Numbered from the stretch's first letter, positions 20,232 through 31,238 are shown. The stretch is DNA of 64,000 bases from Candidatus Krakonobacterium acarorum (GCA_050311575.1 JBNOKO010000001.1:722239-786238), one strand, 5' to 3'. The notes: generated by a model not told the origin, from the letters alone. Made by a program: numbers and translations.

Positions 20232-20281
20232 TTAGAAATAATAGCTGATGAGGCAAAGTCCTTATCAGCTATTATTTCTAA
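20232..20281. terminator. perfect 18 bp inverted repeat (ttagaaataatagctgat / atcagctattatttctaa) with a 14 nt loop
   Basis: Lies 36 bp downstream of the permease stop. No strong T-tract, so terminator function is inferred. Confidence 0.4.
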
Positions 20282-20749
20282 TGTCTATATATACTAAAAT
20301 ATATGCATTACATCTAAAAGAGATAGACATGTTAAATTTAAGAGTTCATGGTACTATAGGTATACCTGACTAAAAGTATAGTTATAATTGTCTATCAAAA
20401 GCTAATTTTCAATACTAATGATTTATAGAGTTGTATGTGTTAGATATAATTTGATGTCATATTAAAAAAGCACTAAGTAAAGGGCTACAGTCTTCGATTA
20501 GTGGCTACAAAGTGGTAAGTTATCTGGCTATGCTAAGTACTATATTTTCAAAATTAAATTAATACATAGTTACGGTATTCTTTATATTTTAGTGTGATAT
20601 TATTCATATTGATATACGTGAATTTTAATAATTTTATATTTATAGAGACATAATATATAGATTCTGATATTAGTTATACATAATATTAGCTACCTATATT
20701 TTTTAAACAAAGCATAATTACCAATAATGCTTAAACTGAAATAATAAGT

Positions 20750-22027
20750 TTGATACATTTAAGGCCAAAAACTAAAAATATTGTATGTTCAACTACAGTG
20801 CCTACGTCTAAAAGTGAAACCAATAGGGCTTTTATAATTCAAGCTCTATCCACAGTTCCAATAGATATACATAATGCTTCTACATGTTCAGATTCATTAA
20901 TATTAAAAAAATTACTCGAACAAATACATAATTATCAGAGAGAAGGTAATTTTAGTGATTATATATGTTTGGATGTTGGATCATGCGGAACTGCTATGCG
21001 TTTTCTTACATCATATTTAAGTATCCAAAAAGGTCAGTATGTTTTATCTGGCGATACCAGGATGGAAGATAGGCCGATAGGACCGCTTGTAGATGTTCTG
21101 TCATTATTAGGTGCTAATATAAAGTACGCCTCAAAATTTGGTTTTCCTCCATTAATAATAACAGGCGTTGAATTATTACAACAGGTAGATGATATAAAAG
21201 TTGATTCATCTTTAACTAGTCAATACCTATCGTCTTTAGTATTAATTGCTCCTTGTATTAAAAATGGTATCAAAATAACGTTGCCAAAATTTATAACTTC
21301 TAAACCTTACCTCGAGATGACTTTAGACATAATGAGGCAGGCAGGAATATTTTATAGTATATCTGATAATTATATAAGCATTGATAACCAAGAATATAAA
21401 AAATCGGATATAAGTATTAATGCTGACTGGTCGTCGGCATCCTATTGGTATTCGATCGCAGCATTGTCCAATCAGGCAACTATTATAATTAAAAATTTAA
21501 ACATTGCGTCAAAACAAGCTGATAAGGCGGTGGTGGATATAATGTCTGAAATAGGGGTTGCAACAACTTATAGGGATTCTAATATAATTATAACAAAAAG
21601 TGGCAACCGGAAATCCTTTAAAACCTCAATAATTGATTTTACAAACTATCCAGACTTAGCGCAAACAATTATACCATGTTTTGCAATGCTAGATTATAAA
21701 GTTAAATTTACAGGATTACACACACTGAAAATAAAAGAAACAGACAGGATCCAAGCTATTAAAAATGAATTGAAAAAACTTAACTATAACGTTGCTAGCA
21801 TGCCTTATAGTTTAAAAACATATTATAGCCATAAAAACTTATCGTATTTGCAATGCCATAACCAAAAAGGAATTATAATAGATACTTATAAAGACCATAG
21901 AATGGCAATGGCATTTGCCCCTTTAGCTTTGAAATTAGGCGGGATAAGCATAAAAGATGAGGGTGTTGTAGTCAAATCTTACCCAGAATTTTGGGAGGAC
22001 TTAAAAAAAATATTTATAATCCATTAA
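20750..22027 (+). CDS. aroA: 3-phosphoshikimate 1-carboxyvinyltransferase (EPSP synthase)
   Basis: TSKSETNRAFI (compare PGSKSISNRAL), GSCGTAMRF and RMEDRPIGPL motifs. Confidence 0.85.
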   Translation: MIHLRPKTKNIVCSTTVPTSKSETNRAFIIQALSTVPIDIHNASTCSDSLILKKLLEQIHNYQREGNFSDYICLDVGSCGTAMRFLTSYLSIQKGQYVLSGDTRMEDRPIGPLVDVLSLLGANIKYASKFGFPPLIITGVELLQQVDDIKVDSSLTSQYLSSLVLIAPCIKNGIKITLPKFITSKPYLEMTLDIMRQAGIFYSISDNYISIDNQEYKKSDISINADWSSASYWYSIAALSNQATIIIKNLNIASKQADKAVVDIMSEIGVATTYRDSNIIITKSGNRKSFKTSIIDFTNYPDLAQTIIPCFAMLDYKVKFTGLHTLKIKETDRIQAIKNELKKLNYNVASMPYSLKTYYSHKNLSYLQCHNQKGIIIDTYKDHRMAMAFAPLALKLGGISIKDEGVVVKSYPEFWEDLKKIFIIH

Positions 22028-22052
22028 TTCTTTTTTAAGAAACAATAAGGGC

Positions 22053-22060
22053 TAAATTTG
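22053..22060 (+). promoter_or_regulatory. Bacteroidota-type -7 promoter box TAAATTTG upstream of topA
   Basis: Matches TAnnTTTG and lies 39 nt before the topA ATG. Confidence 0.3.
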
Positions 22061-22098
22061 TAATAAACATAATCTAATTTATAAGAACAAAATACTAT

Positions 22099-24420
22099 AT
22101 GGCAAAAAACTTACTAATAGTTGAGTCACCAACAAAAGTTAAAACTATAGAAAAATATCTAGGAGACGATTTTGAAGTAAAATCCAGTAATGGGCACATA
22201 AGAGACTTAGTAAAAAAAGACAAGGGTATTAATGTTGACAATAACTTTGAGCATAAATATGAAATCCTTCCAGAAAAAAAAGCTATAATCAAAGATCTAA
22301 AAAATCGCGCTCAAAAAGCTGAAATAGTATATCTGGCATCAGATGAAGATAGAGAGGGGGAGGCTATAGCATGGCATTTATCAGAAGTATTAGAGCTGGA
22401 AAAAGAAAAAACTAAGCGTATAGTATTTAACGAGATAACAAAGGAAGCCATTATAAAAGCAATAAATAATCCACGATATATAGATTATAATCTATTGCAT
22501 GCACAACAAGCTCGACGCGCTATAGATAGGCTGGTAGGTTTTGAAGTATCGCCAATTCTATGGCGAAAAATACAAACAAATTTATCTGCAGGTAGAGTAC
22601 AATCAGTTGCTGTAAGATTAATAGTTGAAAAAGAAAGAGAAATAAATAAATTTAAATCGGTATCGACTTATAAAGTACTAGCTGAATTTACTTCTAAGGA
22701 TGGTAGTAGTTTTATCGCCCAGCTATCTAAAAAGAAATTAGATAAAAAAGAAACAATAGAAATATTAGAAAAGTGTATAGATGCAGAATTTACAGTTACC
22801 AACATAGAATCTAAACCTAAAACACGTAAACCCGGAGCCCCGTTTACAACTTCTACTTTACAACAGGAAGCTTCCGCTAAGCTGGGTATGTCTATAGCTC
22901 GTACAATGCAAATAGCACAAAAGCTATATGAATTAGGGCATATAACATATATGCGTACGGATTCCCTAAACCTATCCGGGCAAGCTATAAATGCAGCAAA
23001 GGAAGTTATAGTAGATAAATTTGGAACTAAATATTATAAAAAAAATCAATATAAAACTAAAGTAGCAGGGGCTCAAGAAGCTCACGAAGCCATTAGGCCT
23101 ACAGATTTTGCTGTATCAGAAATTACCAGTGACGCTTCCCTTAACAGACTATACAAATTAATTCATTCACGTGCATTAGCATCACAAATGGCTGATGCAA
23201 TCCTAGAGCAAACCACTATACAAATTAAAGCATCCACACTTAAAGATGAATATTTTAGTGCTGGCGGCGAGGTAATAAAATTTGACGGCTTCTTAAAACA
23301 ATATAAACCTGAAGTAAGTGAAGATGAAGACTCAAAAGATATAATATTACCTAAAATAAGCATAGACGAGAAACTAATTTATAAATCTATAAAAGCTCTG
23401 GAAGTCTACACAAGGCCTCCGGCCAGATATACAGAAGCAACTTTAGTAAGGAAATTAGAAGAATTAGGTATAGGTAGACCATCAACGTACGTTCCGACTA
23501 TATCGACCATACAAAAACGTGGTTATATAGTAAAGGAGGGCCGAGATAGCAAAACGCGCGATGTAACTATAATAAAGCTGGAAGGAGGAAAAATAACAGA
23601 AATTCAAAAAAGCGAATCTTACGGTGCCGAAAAATCTAAATTGTTCCCCAGCGATATAGGTATAGTAGTAACAGATTTCTTATTAAAAAGCTTCCCTAAA
23701 ATTATCGATTATAACTTTACCGCAAATGTTGAAAAAGAATTCGACGAAATAGCACAAGGAAGCAAGCAATACGTAGAATTACTAGAACATTTTTATGGAC
23801 CTTTCCATAAGAATATAGAAGAAATTGCTCACAATGAGGGCAGATTAAACAAAGCTCGTCTTTTAGGTACAGATCCTAAAACCGGAGCCCCAATATATGT
23901 CAAAATAGGTAGATATGGCACTTATATTCAACTTGGCGAACAAGCTAAAGACGACGATCCGAAGCCTACGTATGTAAAATTGCAACAAGGGCAACTATTT
24001 GACACCTTGACTTTGGATGAAGCAATTGAAAACCTAAATCATAAAGAAATCGATGCTAGAATCCTTGGCTCTGATCCCAAAACGGGCAAGCAAATAATAG
24101 CAAGGATTGCCAAATACGGACCCGTTATACAATTAGGAGAACAAACTAAAACCGAAAAACCCAAATATGCCAAGCTAAAAGCATCACAAACTATACAAAC
24201 GATTACATTACAGGAAGCTATCGACCTTTTTAGTTTGCCTAAAACGATAGGTACTTTTGAATCAAAAGAACTTGAAGTTGCAATAGGAAGATTTGGGCCA
24301 TATGTAAAACACGATAAAAAATATTATTCGCTACCTAAAAATCTTGATCCTATGTCAATAACTGAGCAGGAAGCTATAGAAGTAATAAATAAAAAGAGAG
24401 AAAAAACTAAAACAAAGTAA
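22099..24420 (+). CDS. topA: DNA topoisomerase I
   Basis: TOPRIM N-terminus (LLIVESPTKVKTIEKYLG), the catalytic Tyr region and three C-terminal Topo_C repeats (GRYGTYIQLGE, AKYGPVIQLGE, GRFGPYVKHD). Confidence 0.95.
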   Translation: MAKNLLIVESPTKVKTIEKYLGDDFEVKSSNGHIRDLVKKDKGINVDNNFEHKYEILPEKKAIIKDLKNRAQKAEIVYLASDEDREGEAIAWHLSEVLELEKEKTKRIVFNEITKEAIIKAINNPRYIDYNLLHAQQARRAIDRLVGFEVSPILWRKIQTNLSAGRVQSVAVRLIVEKEREINKFKSVSTYKVLAEFTSKDGSSFIAQLSKKKLDKKETIEILEKCIDAEFTVTNIESKPKTRKPGAPFTTSTLQQEASAKLGMSIARTMQIAQKLYELGHITYMRTDSLNLSGQAINAAKEVIVDKFGTKYYKKNQYKTKVAGAQEAHEAIRPTDFAVSEITSDASLNRLYKLIHSRALASQMADAILEQTTIQIKASTLKDEYFSAGGEVIKFDGFLKQYKPEVSEDEDSKDIILPKISIDEKLIYKSIKALEVYTRPPARYTEATLVRKLEELGIGRPSTYVPTISTIQKRGYIVKEGRDSKTRDVTIIKLEGGKITEIQKSESYGAEKSKLFPSDIGIVVTDFLLKSFPKIIDYNFTANVEKEFDEIAQGSKQYVELLEHFYGPFHKNIEEIAHNEGRLNKARLLGTDPKTGAPIYVKIGRYGTYIQLGEQAKDDDPKPTYVKLQQGQLFDTLTLDEAIENLNHKEIDARILGSDPKTGKQIIARIAKYGPVIQLGEQTKTEKPKYAKLKASQTIQTITLQEAIDLFSLPKTIGTFESKELEVAIGRFGPYVKHDKKYYSLPKNLDPMSITEQEAIEVINKKREKTKTK

Positions 24421-24433
24421 ATACTGTTTCAAC

Positions 24434-27259
24434 ATGAGCGATAACGATCAGGAGTATATAGAAATTTATGGTGCAAAAGAGCACAACCTTAAAAATATTA
24501 ATTTAAAAATTCCCAAAAACCAATTAGTCGTATTTACAGGCGTATCGGGATCAGGCAAAAGTTCTTTAGCTTTCGATACGATATATGCAGAAGGACAACG
24601 TCGATTTTTAGATACTTTAGGCAGCTATTTTAGAAATTTTATAGGGAACGGTTTACGTCCTGATGTAGAGAAAATTGATGGTTTGTCTCCGGTTATTGCT
24701 ATAGATCAAAAAACAGTTTCAAAGAACCCTCGTTCAACGGTAGGAACGATTACAGAAGTATATGATTTTTTAAGACTTTTATTTAGTAAAATATCAAAGG
24801 CATACTCTTACAATACGGGAGAGTTAATGAGGCAATTTTCAGAAGAAAAGATTATAAAAGATATATATGAACGATTTAATAATAAAAACATAATTATTTT
24901 AGCCCCAGTTATAAGGGAGCGTAAAGGTGCATACCGTGATTTGTTTATAAACTTTATGCGTAAAGGTTTTTTTGAAGCATATGTAGACGGAAATATTATC
25001 GAACTAAGCTCTAGCACTAAATTAGAGCCCCACAAAATTCATAATATTGAGATTGTAATAGACGATCTGGATATTAGTTATGAAGATAACCAAAGAATAG
25101 CAGCTTCAATTAAAACAGCTTTTTCTCTATCAAAAGATGCTATTAATATAATGCATAATGGTAATATAACTGCTTATAGCAAAATACTTATGTGCCCTAC
25201 AACAGGGGTCTCTTATGAAACCCCTGAACCTAGTAGTTTTTCTTTTAACTCTCCTAAAGGCGCTTGTCCTTATTGCAAAGGATTAGGTTATAAAATGCAA
25301 ACAAATGAAGATATTTTGGTGCCAGATAAAAACTTATCTATTAATCAGGGTGCTATAGAAGCTATTAAAACCAGGACAGATAATTCCTTAGAAAAACAGA
25401 TAATAAACTTTTTTTCACAAAAATATAATTTTTCTCTAGACGAGCCATATAAAAATTTACCTGAAGAAGTAAGAAAAATAATTTTAGAAGGATTTGATCA
25501 TCCTATAGAAGTGCCCATACATAAAAATTACAATAATAAGAGTTCCTACGATACGATAGAATATAAAGGCCTTATAAACTACATCTTGAGTCGTACATCC
25601 GATAGTAACGAAACAGCTCAAGATATATATACTAAATATTTAGATATCATAGTATGTCATGTTTGTAAAGGAGCACGGCTAAAAAAAGAATCTTTAAGTT
25701 TTAAGGTTTTAGGAAAGAATATCTATGAGCTGGCAAATTTAACAATAGAAGAGCTTTATGTGTGGTTTGATAATATTTATGATAATTTAGACTCTAATGA
25801 GAAGAAAATAGCTGAAGAGATAATAAAAGAGGTTAAGTTGAGGTTGAAATTTATGTTAGACGTGGGTTTGTCGTATTTGTCTCTATCTAGGTCGTCAACG
25901 ACAATTTCAGGCGGTGAGGCTCAACGCATACGTTTAGCAACACAGCTGGGATCACAACTTGTCAATGTACTATATATTTTGGATGAACCTAGTATAGGTT
26001 TACACCAAAGAGATAATACATTATTGATAGATTCTCTAAAAAAACTACGTGATTTGGGCAATACAGTTCTTGTTGTAGAACACGATAGAGATATGATTTT
26101 AGAAGCTGATTATATAGTAGATATAGGTCCTAAGGCTGGTGTACATGGAGGTGAGATAATTGCTTCGGGGGATAAAGACGATATATTAAAATCGGGTACA
26201 TTAACAGCTAAGTATTTAAATAAGGAGCTTGTTGTAGCAAAAGAATCTATACGTAACGATATAAAAGATTTAAAAAAAATTTCGCTTAAGGGCGCAAATG
26301 GGCATAATCTTAAAAATGCGAGCATAGATATACCATTGGGAGCTTTTACATGTGTAACTGGTGTCTCTGGTAGCGGAAAATCTACCCTTATTAATGGCAC
26401 GTTATATCCTATATTAAGCAACTATTTTTATAGATCTAAACAAAAACCGCTTCCTTATGAAAGTATAACAGGTTTAGATTATATTAACAAGGTTATCCAG
26501 ATTGACCAAAGCCCTATAGGTAGATTGTCTTATAGGTCCAATCCATCAACATATACAGGTTTATTTACAGATATACGCATATTTTTTTCTCAGTTATTAG
26601 AATCTAAAATTAGATCGTATACACCAGGTCATTTTAGTTTTAATATTAAAGGAGGCAGATGCGAGGAATGCAAAGGCGCAGGTGTAAGAACGATCGAAAT
26701 GAAGTTGATGCCAGACGTTACGGTTATTTGTGATGTATGTAATGGGAAAAGGTATAATGACGAAACTTTAGAAATTAAATATAAGGGCAAATCGATATCT
26801 GATATCTTATACATGGATATCGACCAAGCGTGCGAATTATTTGCGAATCAGCCTCATATATTAAATAAATTAAAAACCTTAAATGATTTAGGGTTAGGAT
26901 ATCTAAAGTTAGGGCAATCATCAAGTACTTTATCTGGCGGCGAGGCTCAGCGCATTAAACTTGCTACTGAATTGAGTAAAAAATCTACCGGCAAAACTTT
27001 ATATATTTTAGATGAACCAACTACAGGTCTACATTTTGAAGATATTAAAATATTATTAGAGTTAATTCAGCAATTAGTAGCTGTTGGAAACACTGTATTA
27101 ATGATAGAGCATAATATAGAGGTTATAGAATCGGCGGATTATTTAATAGATATAGGTCCAGAAGCTGGGAATCGGGGAGGTTGTGTTATATATCAAGGTG
27201 AACCAAGAGGTTTAGGCAAAGTTCTAAATAGTTATACAGGTAAATTTTTATTTAAGTAG
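24434..27259 (+). CDS. uvrA: excinuclease ABC subunit A
   Basis: Two ABC ATPase modules (GVSGSGKSSLAFDT; GVSGSGKSTLI), zinc-finger Cys clusters (CPYCKG; CEECKG) and two LSGGEAQRI signature motifs. Confidence 0.95.
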   Translation: MSDNDQEYIEIYGAKEHNLKNINLKIPKNQLVVFTGVSGSGKSSLAFDTIYAEGQRRFLDTLGSYFRNFIGNGLRPDVEKIDGLSPVIAIDQKTVSKNPRSTVGTITEVYDFLRLLFSKISKAYSYNTGELMRQFSEEKIIKDIYERFNNKNIIILAPVIRERKGAYRDLFINFMRKGFFEAYVDGNIIELSSSTKLEPHKIHNIEIVIDDLDISYEDNQRIAASIKTAFSLSKDAINIMHNGNITAYSKILMCPTTGVSYETPEPSSFSFNSPKGACPYCKGLGYKMQTNEDILVPDKNLSINQGAIEAIKTRTDNSLEKQIINFFSQKYNFSLDEPYKNLPEEVRKIILEGFDHPIEVPIHKNYNNKSSYDTIEYKGLINYILSRTSDSNETAQDIYTKYLDIIVCHVCKGARLKKESLSFKVLGKNIYELANLTIEELYVWFDNIYDNLDSNEKKIAEEIIKEVKLRLKFMLDVGLSYLSLSRSSTTISGGEAQRIRLATQLGSQLVNVLYILDEPSIGLHQRDNTLLIDSLKKLRDLGNTVLVVEHDRDMILEADYIVDIGPKAGVHGGEIIASGDKDDILKSGTLTAKYLNKELVVAKESIRNDIKDLKKISLKGANGHNLKNASIDIPLGAFTCVTGVSGSGKSTLINGTLYPILSNYFYRSKQKPLPYESITGLDYINKVIQIDQSPIGRLSYRSNPSTYTGLFTDIRIFFSQLLESKIRSYTPGHFSFNIKGGRCEECKGAGVRTIEMKLMPDVTVICDVCNGKRYNDETLEIKYKGKSISDILYMDIDQACELFANQPHILNKLKTLNDLGLGYLKLGQSSSTLSGGEAQRIKLATELSKKSTGKTLYILDEPTTGLHFEDIKILLELIQQLVAVGNTVLMIEHNIEVIESADYLIDIGPEAGNRGGCVIYQGEPRGLGKVLNSYTGKFLFK

Positions 27260-27286
27260 AGGCATAAAAATAACTATTCTTTATAT

Positions 27287-27334
27287 ATTTAATGCTTATA
27301 AAATGGTTAATTAATCATTTTATAAGCATTAAAT
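27287..27334. terminator. perfect 18-19 bp inverted repeat (atttaatgcttataaaatg / cattttataagcattaaat); probable bidirectional terminator between convergent uvrA and paralog A
   Basis: Read directly from the sequence. Confidence 0.5.
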
Positions 27335-27376
27335 ACCTCAATTTAGAGCTATCGCAGATGCGCTTATTAATTTTTA

Positions 27377-28399
27377 TTATTTAATGCTTATAGTTTTTAA
27401 TAAAATAGGAGCTCGGCGATTACTAATATCCTTAAGTTCTACGCGATAATTTATGCCATAGGTAGCTTCTATATTGGCCATATTTCTATAAACTAATTCC
27501 TTTTTATCGTTAGTGACAAAGTGAGGGTAATCATTAGCAGCATCTGGATCATATTTTCTAATATTCTTTAATAGATCTTCTTTATTATTAAAGAAGCCGA
27601 ATCCCAGATTATCAGGAGTTTTAGCAAAGAAAATGCTATTAAATTTAATAGGAAACTCTAAAAAAGCCTTGCTTTCCATATGTTGTCGGTCTATAACAGC
27701 AACTAGCTCGTATGTGTGTTTGGGGGGTACAATTAACTTCTGAGATGGAAAAGTATAAATATCTTCATCCATTACAGTTTTAGTATTTGTAGAGGTACGA
27801 CTAAAAGTAAAATCTAAAGAAATCTTTACTCCGTCTTCAGCTATAAACGGTATAGCTACTTTTGCTTCGTTTGATCCGTGTAATGCTATTCCCCAAGTTT
27901 TACTGACTGTTGTAGAAGTAATCTTAGCTAATTTTTTAGTATATGCTAATGAAGTAAATGTTTGGGGTCCATCAGTATCGTTTACAAAAGTTCCTATTGA
28001 ATGGTAAAATGCTTCTAGATTTTCTTTACGCGGCTTGCCTGAAATTTTTGCATTCATCGGTTCAACAGAGGATTGGCAATATGTCCTGTCTACTAAATGC
28101 AATGTCAGGTTATTGTTATAAGGCGGAATATCCTTATTATGATCATTTATATATGCAGTGGCAATTTTTGCTACTACATCGTCTAAGTCCTTCATTACAG
28201 CTCTATCTGTATCGTCTTGTATCTCGTCAATTTGAATGCAGCCTCCTAGTGTAGATTTAGATTCTATACTGTTAGGCTTTAATTGTGACGAATTAGATAC
28301 AGCCTCGTATCTAGAGCATTGATAAAATGCGACAGAAACCAATAAAACTACAAGTAACCTTCCAGGTCCTTTAAGCAGTTTAAAAATAGAAGATTTCAT
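27377..28399 (-). CDS. paralog A of a tandem family of putative surface lipoproteins with an aerolysin/ETX-MTX2-like amphipathic hairpin
   Basis: Start placed at ATG 28397-28399 (MKSSIFKLLKG..), matching the MK(Y/S)..FKL N-termini of paralogs B and C; the ORF track extends it further using a TTG. Lipobox-like Cys (AFYQCS), two conserved Cys, a Ser/Thr-rich segment of alternating polarity (KISLDFTFSRTSTNTKTV) and the conserved C-terminal block YPHFVTNDKKELVYRNMANIEATYG. Confidence 0.6.
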   Translation of the reverse strand: MKSSIFKLLKGPGRLLVVLLVSVAFYQCSRYEAVSNSSQLKPNSIESKSTLGGCIQIDEIQDDTDRAVMKDLDDVVAKIATAYINDHNKDIPPYNNNLTLHLVDRTYCQSSVEPMNAKISGKPRKENLEAFYHSIGTFVNDTDGPQTFTSLAYTKKLAKITSTTVSKTWGIALHGSNEAKVAIPFIAEDGVKISLDFTFSRTSTNTKTVMDEDIYTFPSQKLIVPPKHTYELVAVIDRQHMESKAFLEFPIKFNSIFFAKTPDNLGFGFFNNKEDLLKNIRKYDPDAANDYPHFVTNDKKELVYRNMANIEATYGINYRVELKDISNRRAPILLKTISIK

Positions 28400-29084
28400 A
28401 AAAAAATTTATTAAGATTAATAAAACAAGCTGGTTTGTTAGCAAACCAGCATATAAGCAATAGTAATAATATAATTTTATTATTACTAATATTTAACAAA
28501 TAAAATCAAAATAGTTGTTTAAAATTAATTAAAAGTCAAAATTTACCATGAAATTGTAGTGTTTGTGTAACTATTCTTGTATTTGTTGCATGTTCAATAT
28601 CTGAAATGATATATAAATATGCATTATTTGGCTTTATGATGCGATATTGATAAATTTATGTAAAAATCCAAATAAACAGTATTGTTGGCAAAGTATATTT
28701 ATCATTTAAGTAGACTTAAATAATAAATAGTTATAATATTTAGTTAAAACAGCGAAGTCGATACAAACTAAATCAAGTAAAGATATTGTGTAAATTAATA
28801 TAAATAGTTTATAATAATTTAGGAGAGTTAATCGTAAATAGGTCTGGATTTATCGTTAAAATTAATGCGCGTATTGCTATGATAAATTAATACATATTAA
28901 TGGCAATTTTATCTTTCATCATATACGTATAGTAATTCGATTGGAATATTCGATGTTTGTGTATTATTATTTCTTTTATATAATTATACTTAAAGTAGTA
29001 ATATTGAGGTTAATTGGTACCGTAGTAATATAGACTTTCAGCTATGTTATTTATTTTAGGGATTATAGGAGCGATTCTATAAAT

Positions 29085-29126
29085 TACCGTTATATGGTTA
29101 AACTTAAGTTTAACCATATAACGGTA
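29085..29126. terminator. perfect 19 bp inverted repeat (taccgttatatggttaaac / gtttaaccatataacggta) with loop ttaa, directly downstream of the paralog B stop
   Basis: Read directly from the sequence. 32 bp beyond the stop codon of the minus-strand gene. Confidence 0.5.
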
Positions 29127-29157
29127 TAGAAATTAATATTTATAAGTTTAACAGAAC

Positions 29158-30186
29158 TTATTTTTTTAAATGCAATAATTCTGTAGGTAAGGTTTTTATC
29201 GTTATAGGGTTTTTAGGATCAGTAATATCCTTAATTTCTCTATTTATTTTTGTACCGTAAGTGGCTTCTATATAAGCCTTATTTCTATAAACAAGTTGAC
29301 CTTTGTTATTAGTAGTAAAGTAAGGATAGTCGTTGTTCTTCTCATCCGGGTCATACTTATTCATGTTATATATTAGTTGTTCCGGGTTAAAGTATGTCGG
29401 TGATTCCCAGTCAGGAGTTTGGGCAAACAAAATGCCAGTAAAAATAATAGGGATATCTACTAAAACCTCATTATGCATGTTTTGTCTAGAGAAAATAGAA
29501 ATTAGTTCGTATTTTTTGTGAGGCGGAACAATCACGTTCATAGATGGCACTGTATAGATATTGTTTGTATCCTTGGAAGTACTCTCTGTAGAACTATTAT
29601 TAAAAGAAAATTCTAAAGTGATATCTACGTCAGTACCTGTAAAAGGTATGCCTACATCAGTTGATCCTTTTAAATCGACCCCCCAGCTTCTGGTAAATGC
29701 TGTAGTAGTATTAACAGCCTCTGAATGCGCATAGCCGTCTGATGGCATTGTTTGTGTTACATCAGTAATGTTTTTGAAAATCCCATCTGAAGAAAACTTT
29801 GGTGCAAGGTCGGTTATAACCGGGGCATGGAGGGGCGTTATAACCATTGAATCAGCATGGGCATTACAATATGTTCTATCAATTAATGATAATATCGTGT
29901 TATTATTAGGGTTATTAGCATTGTTATCATTTATATATGCGGTAGCAATATCTACAACTAAAGAGTCTACAACTTTCATTATAGCTCTATCTCTTTCATT
30001 TTCGAAGTCTTGAAGCTTCATGCAGTCGCTACGTTTAGCGCTGGATTCTACATTATTAACTTTAGATTTTGGTGAATTTAATAAATCGTTTTGTTTAGAG
30101 CATTGGTAGTAGAGAGTTGTAGCAACTAATGTAACTAAAAGTAAAATAGCACATACTTTAATTAGTTTAAAAATAGAATATTTCAT
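29158..30186 (-). CDS. paralog B of the tandem lipoprotein / putative beta-pore-forming-toxin-like family
   Basis: Signal peptide with Cys (LYYQCSKQND). Conserved blocks shared with A and C (DRAIMKVVDSLVVDIATAYINDNN; RTYC; TTAFTRSWGVDLKGSTDVGIPFTGTDVDITLEFSFNNSST; YPYFTTNNKGQLVYRNKAYIEATYG). Confidence 0.6.
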   Translation of the reverse strand: MKYSIFKLIKVCAILLLVTLVATTLYYQCSKQNDLLNSPKSKVNNVESSAKRSDCMKLQDFENERDRAIMKVVDSLVVDIATAYINDNNANNPNNNTILSLIDRTYCNAHADSMVITPLHAPVITDLAPKFSSDGIFKNITDVTQTMPSDGYAHSEAVNTTTAFTRSWGVDLKGSTDVGIPFTGTDVDITLEFSFNNSSTESTSKDTNNIYTVPSMNVIVPPHKKYELISIFSRQNMHNEVLVDIPIIFTGILFAQTPDWESPTYFNPEQLIYNMNKYDPDEKNNDYPYFTTNNKGQLVYRNKAYIEATYGTKINREIKDITDPKNPITIKTLPTELLHLKK

Positions 30187-30211
30187 AAATAGTGTTGTTT
30201 TAGATGGGAAA

Positions 30212-31207
30212 TTATTTTTTTATAGGCAATACTTTTGCGCCAAATCTTTTTATTAAAATAGGATTTTTAGGATCAGTAATGTCGTTAAGTTGTGTTTCTA
30301 AGTTTAGACCATAATCGGCGTTTATCGTAGCCTTGTTTCTATAAACAAATTGACCTTTTTTATTAGTAGTAAAATAAGGATATTCATCATAATAACCTGG
30401 TTTATATGCTTTTATACCACTCATTATCTCATGTTGATTAAAGTATACGTCTGCGTTATTATGACTCGCATTTTTTGCAAATAAAATATTTGTAAAATTA
30501 ACAGGGATTTCCAGGAAAACCTCAGCATCCATTTTTTGTCTATATAGCACAGCAGCTAGTTCGTATTTTTTATGCGCTGGAACAGATACTGACATGCTTT
30601 TCAATGTATCAGTGTCCGTTTTAGTATTCACTTTAGTGTTTGTTGAAGTAAGATTAAAAGAAAAATTTAATTCAAAATTTATCCCCTCACCTACAAATGG
30701 TATATCTACATCAGCTCCCAATTGAATTCCGATTCCAAAGCTCTTGCTAACTGTTGAAGAAGTCGTATTAGTTATTATCTCAGCATGCTCTAATGATGAA
30801 TATATTTGTGTTTGGCCAGTATTGTTTGCAAAAGTTTGTATTGTATGATACGTTGGCTTAAGATCATTTATATTTGGATGATCTATTAATGTCATAGCTA
30901 TGTGGCCCATATCGACATTGCAATATTTTCTAGAGACCAGGTATAGATTATTATCTTTAGGCTCCAGGCTATTAATATCCTTAATATATGCATTGCTGAT
31001 ATCTACTACTAAATCGTCTAAAATCTTTACGACAGATTTAGTAGCCTCGTCTTTCAATGAGTCAATTACAAGGCAATTTTCATTAGCAGATTGCTCATCC
31101 AGGCTTAAGATATCTTGTCTAGAGCATCCGTAATATAATGTTAAGAATGATATAATTAAGAGTAATGTTGTGCATAATTTAAATAGTTTAAAAGTATAAT
31201 ATTTCAT
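30212..31207 (-). CDS. paralog C of the tandem lipoprotein / putative beta-pore-forming-toxin-like family
   Basis: Signal peptide with Cys (LYYGCSRQD). Same conserved blocks as A and B (ILDDLVVDISNAYIKD; RKYC; STVSKSFGIGIQLGADVDIPFVGEGINFELNFSFNLTSTNTK; YPYFTTNKKGQFVYRNKATINADYG). Only 25 bp separate it from paralog B. Confidence 0.6.
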   Translation of the reverse strand: MKYYTFKLFKLCTTLLLIISFLTLYYGCSRQDILSLDEQSANENCLVIDSLKDEATKSVVKILDDLVVDISNAYIKDINSLEPKDNNLYLVSRKYCNVDMGHIAMTLIDHPNINDLKPTYHTIQTFANNTGQTQIYSSLEHAEIITNTTSSTVSKSFGIGIQLGADVDIPFVGEGINFELNFSFNLTSTNTKVNTKTDTDTLKSMSVSVPAHKKYELAAVLYRQKMDAEVFLEIPVNFTNILFAKNASHNNADVYFNQHEIMSGIKAYKPGYYDEYPYFTTNKKGQFVYRNKATINADYGLNLETQLNDITDPKNPILIKRFGAKVLPIKK

Positions 31208-31238
31208 GAATATATTTAGTTAGATAAATAAAATAGTT

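Noticed and set aside
28400-28444. TTG-initiated N-terminal extension of paralog A proposed by the ORF track
   Set aside because: The first ATG (28397-28399) yields an N-terminus MKSSIFKL.., homologous to the MKYSIFKL and MKYYTFKL starts of paralogs B and C. The extension would place a hairpin inside the coding sequence.
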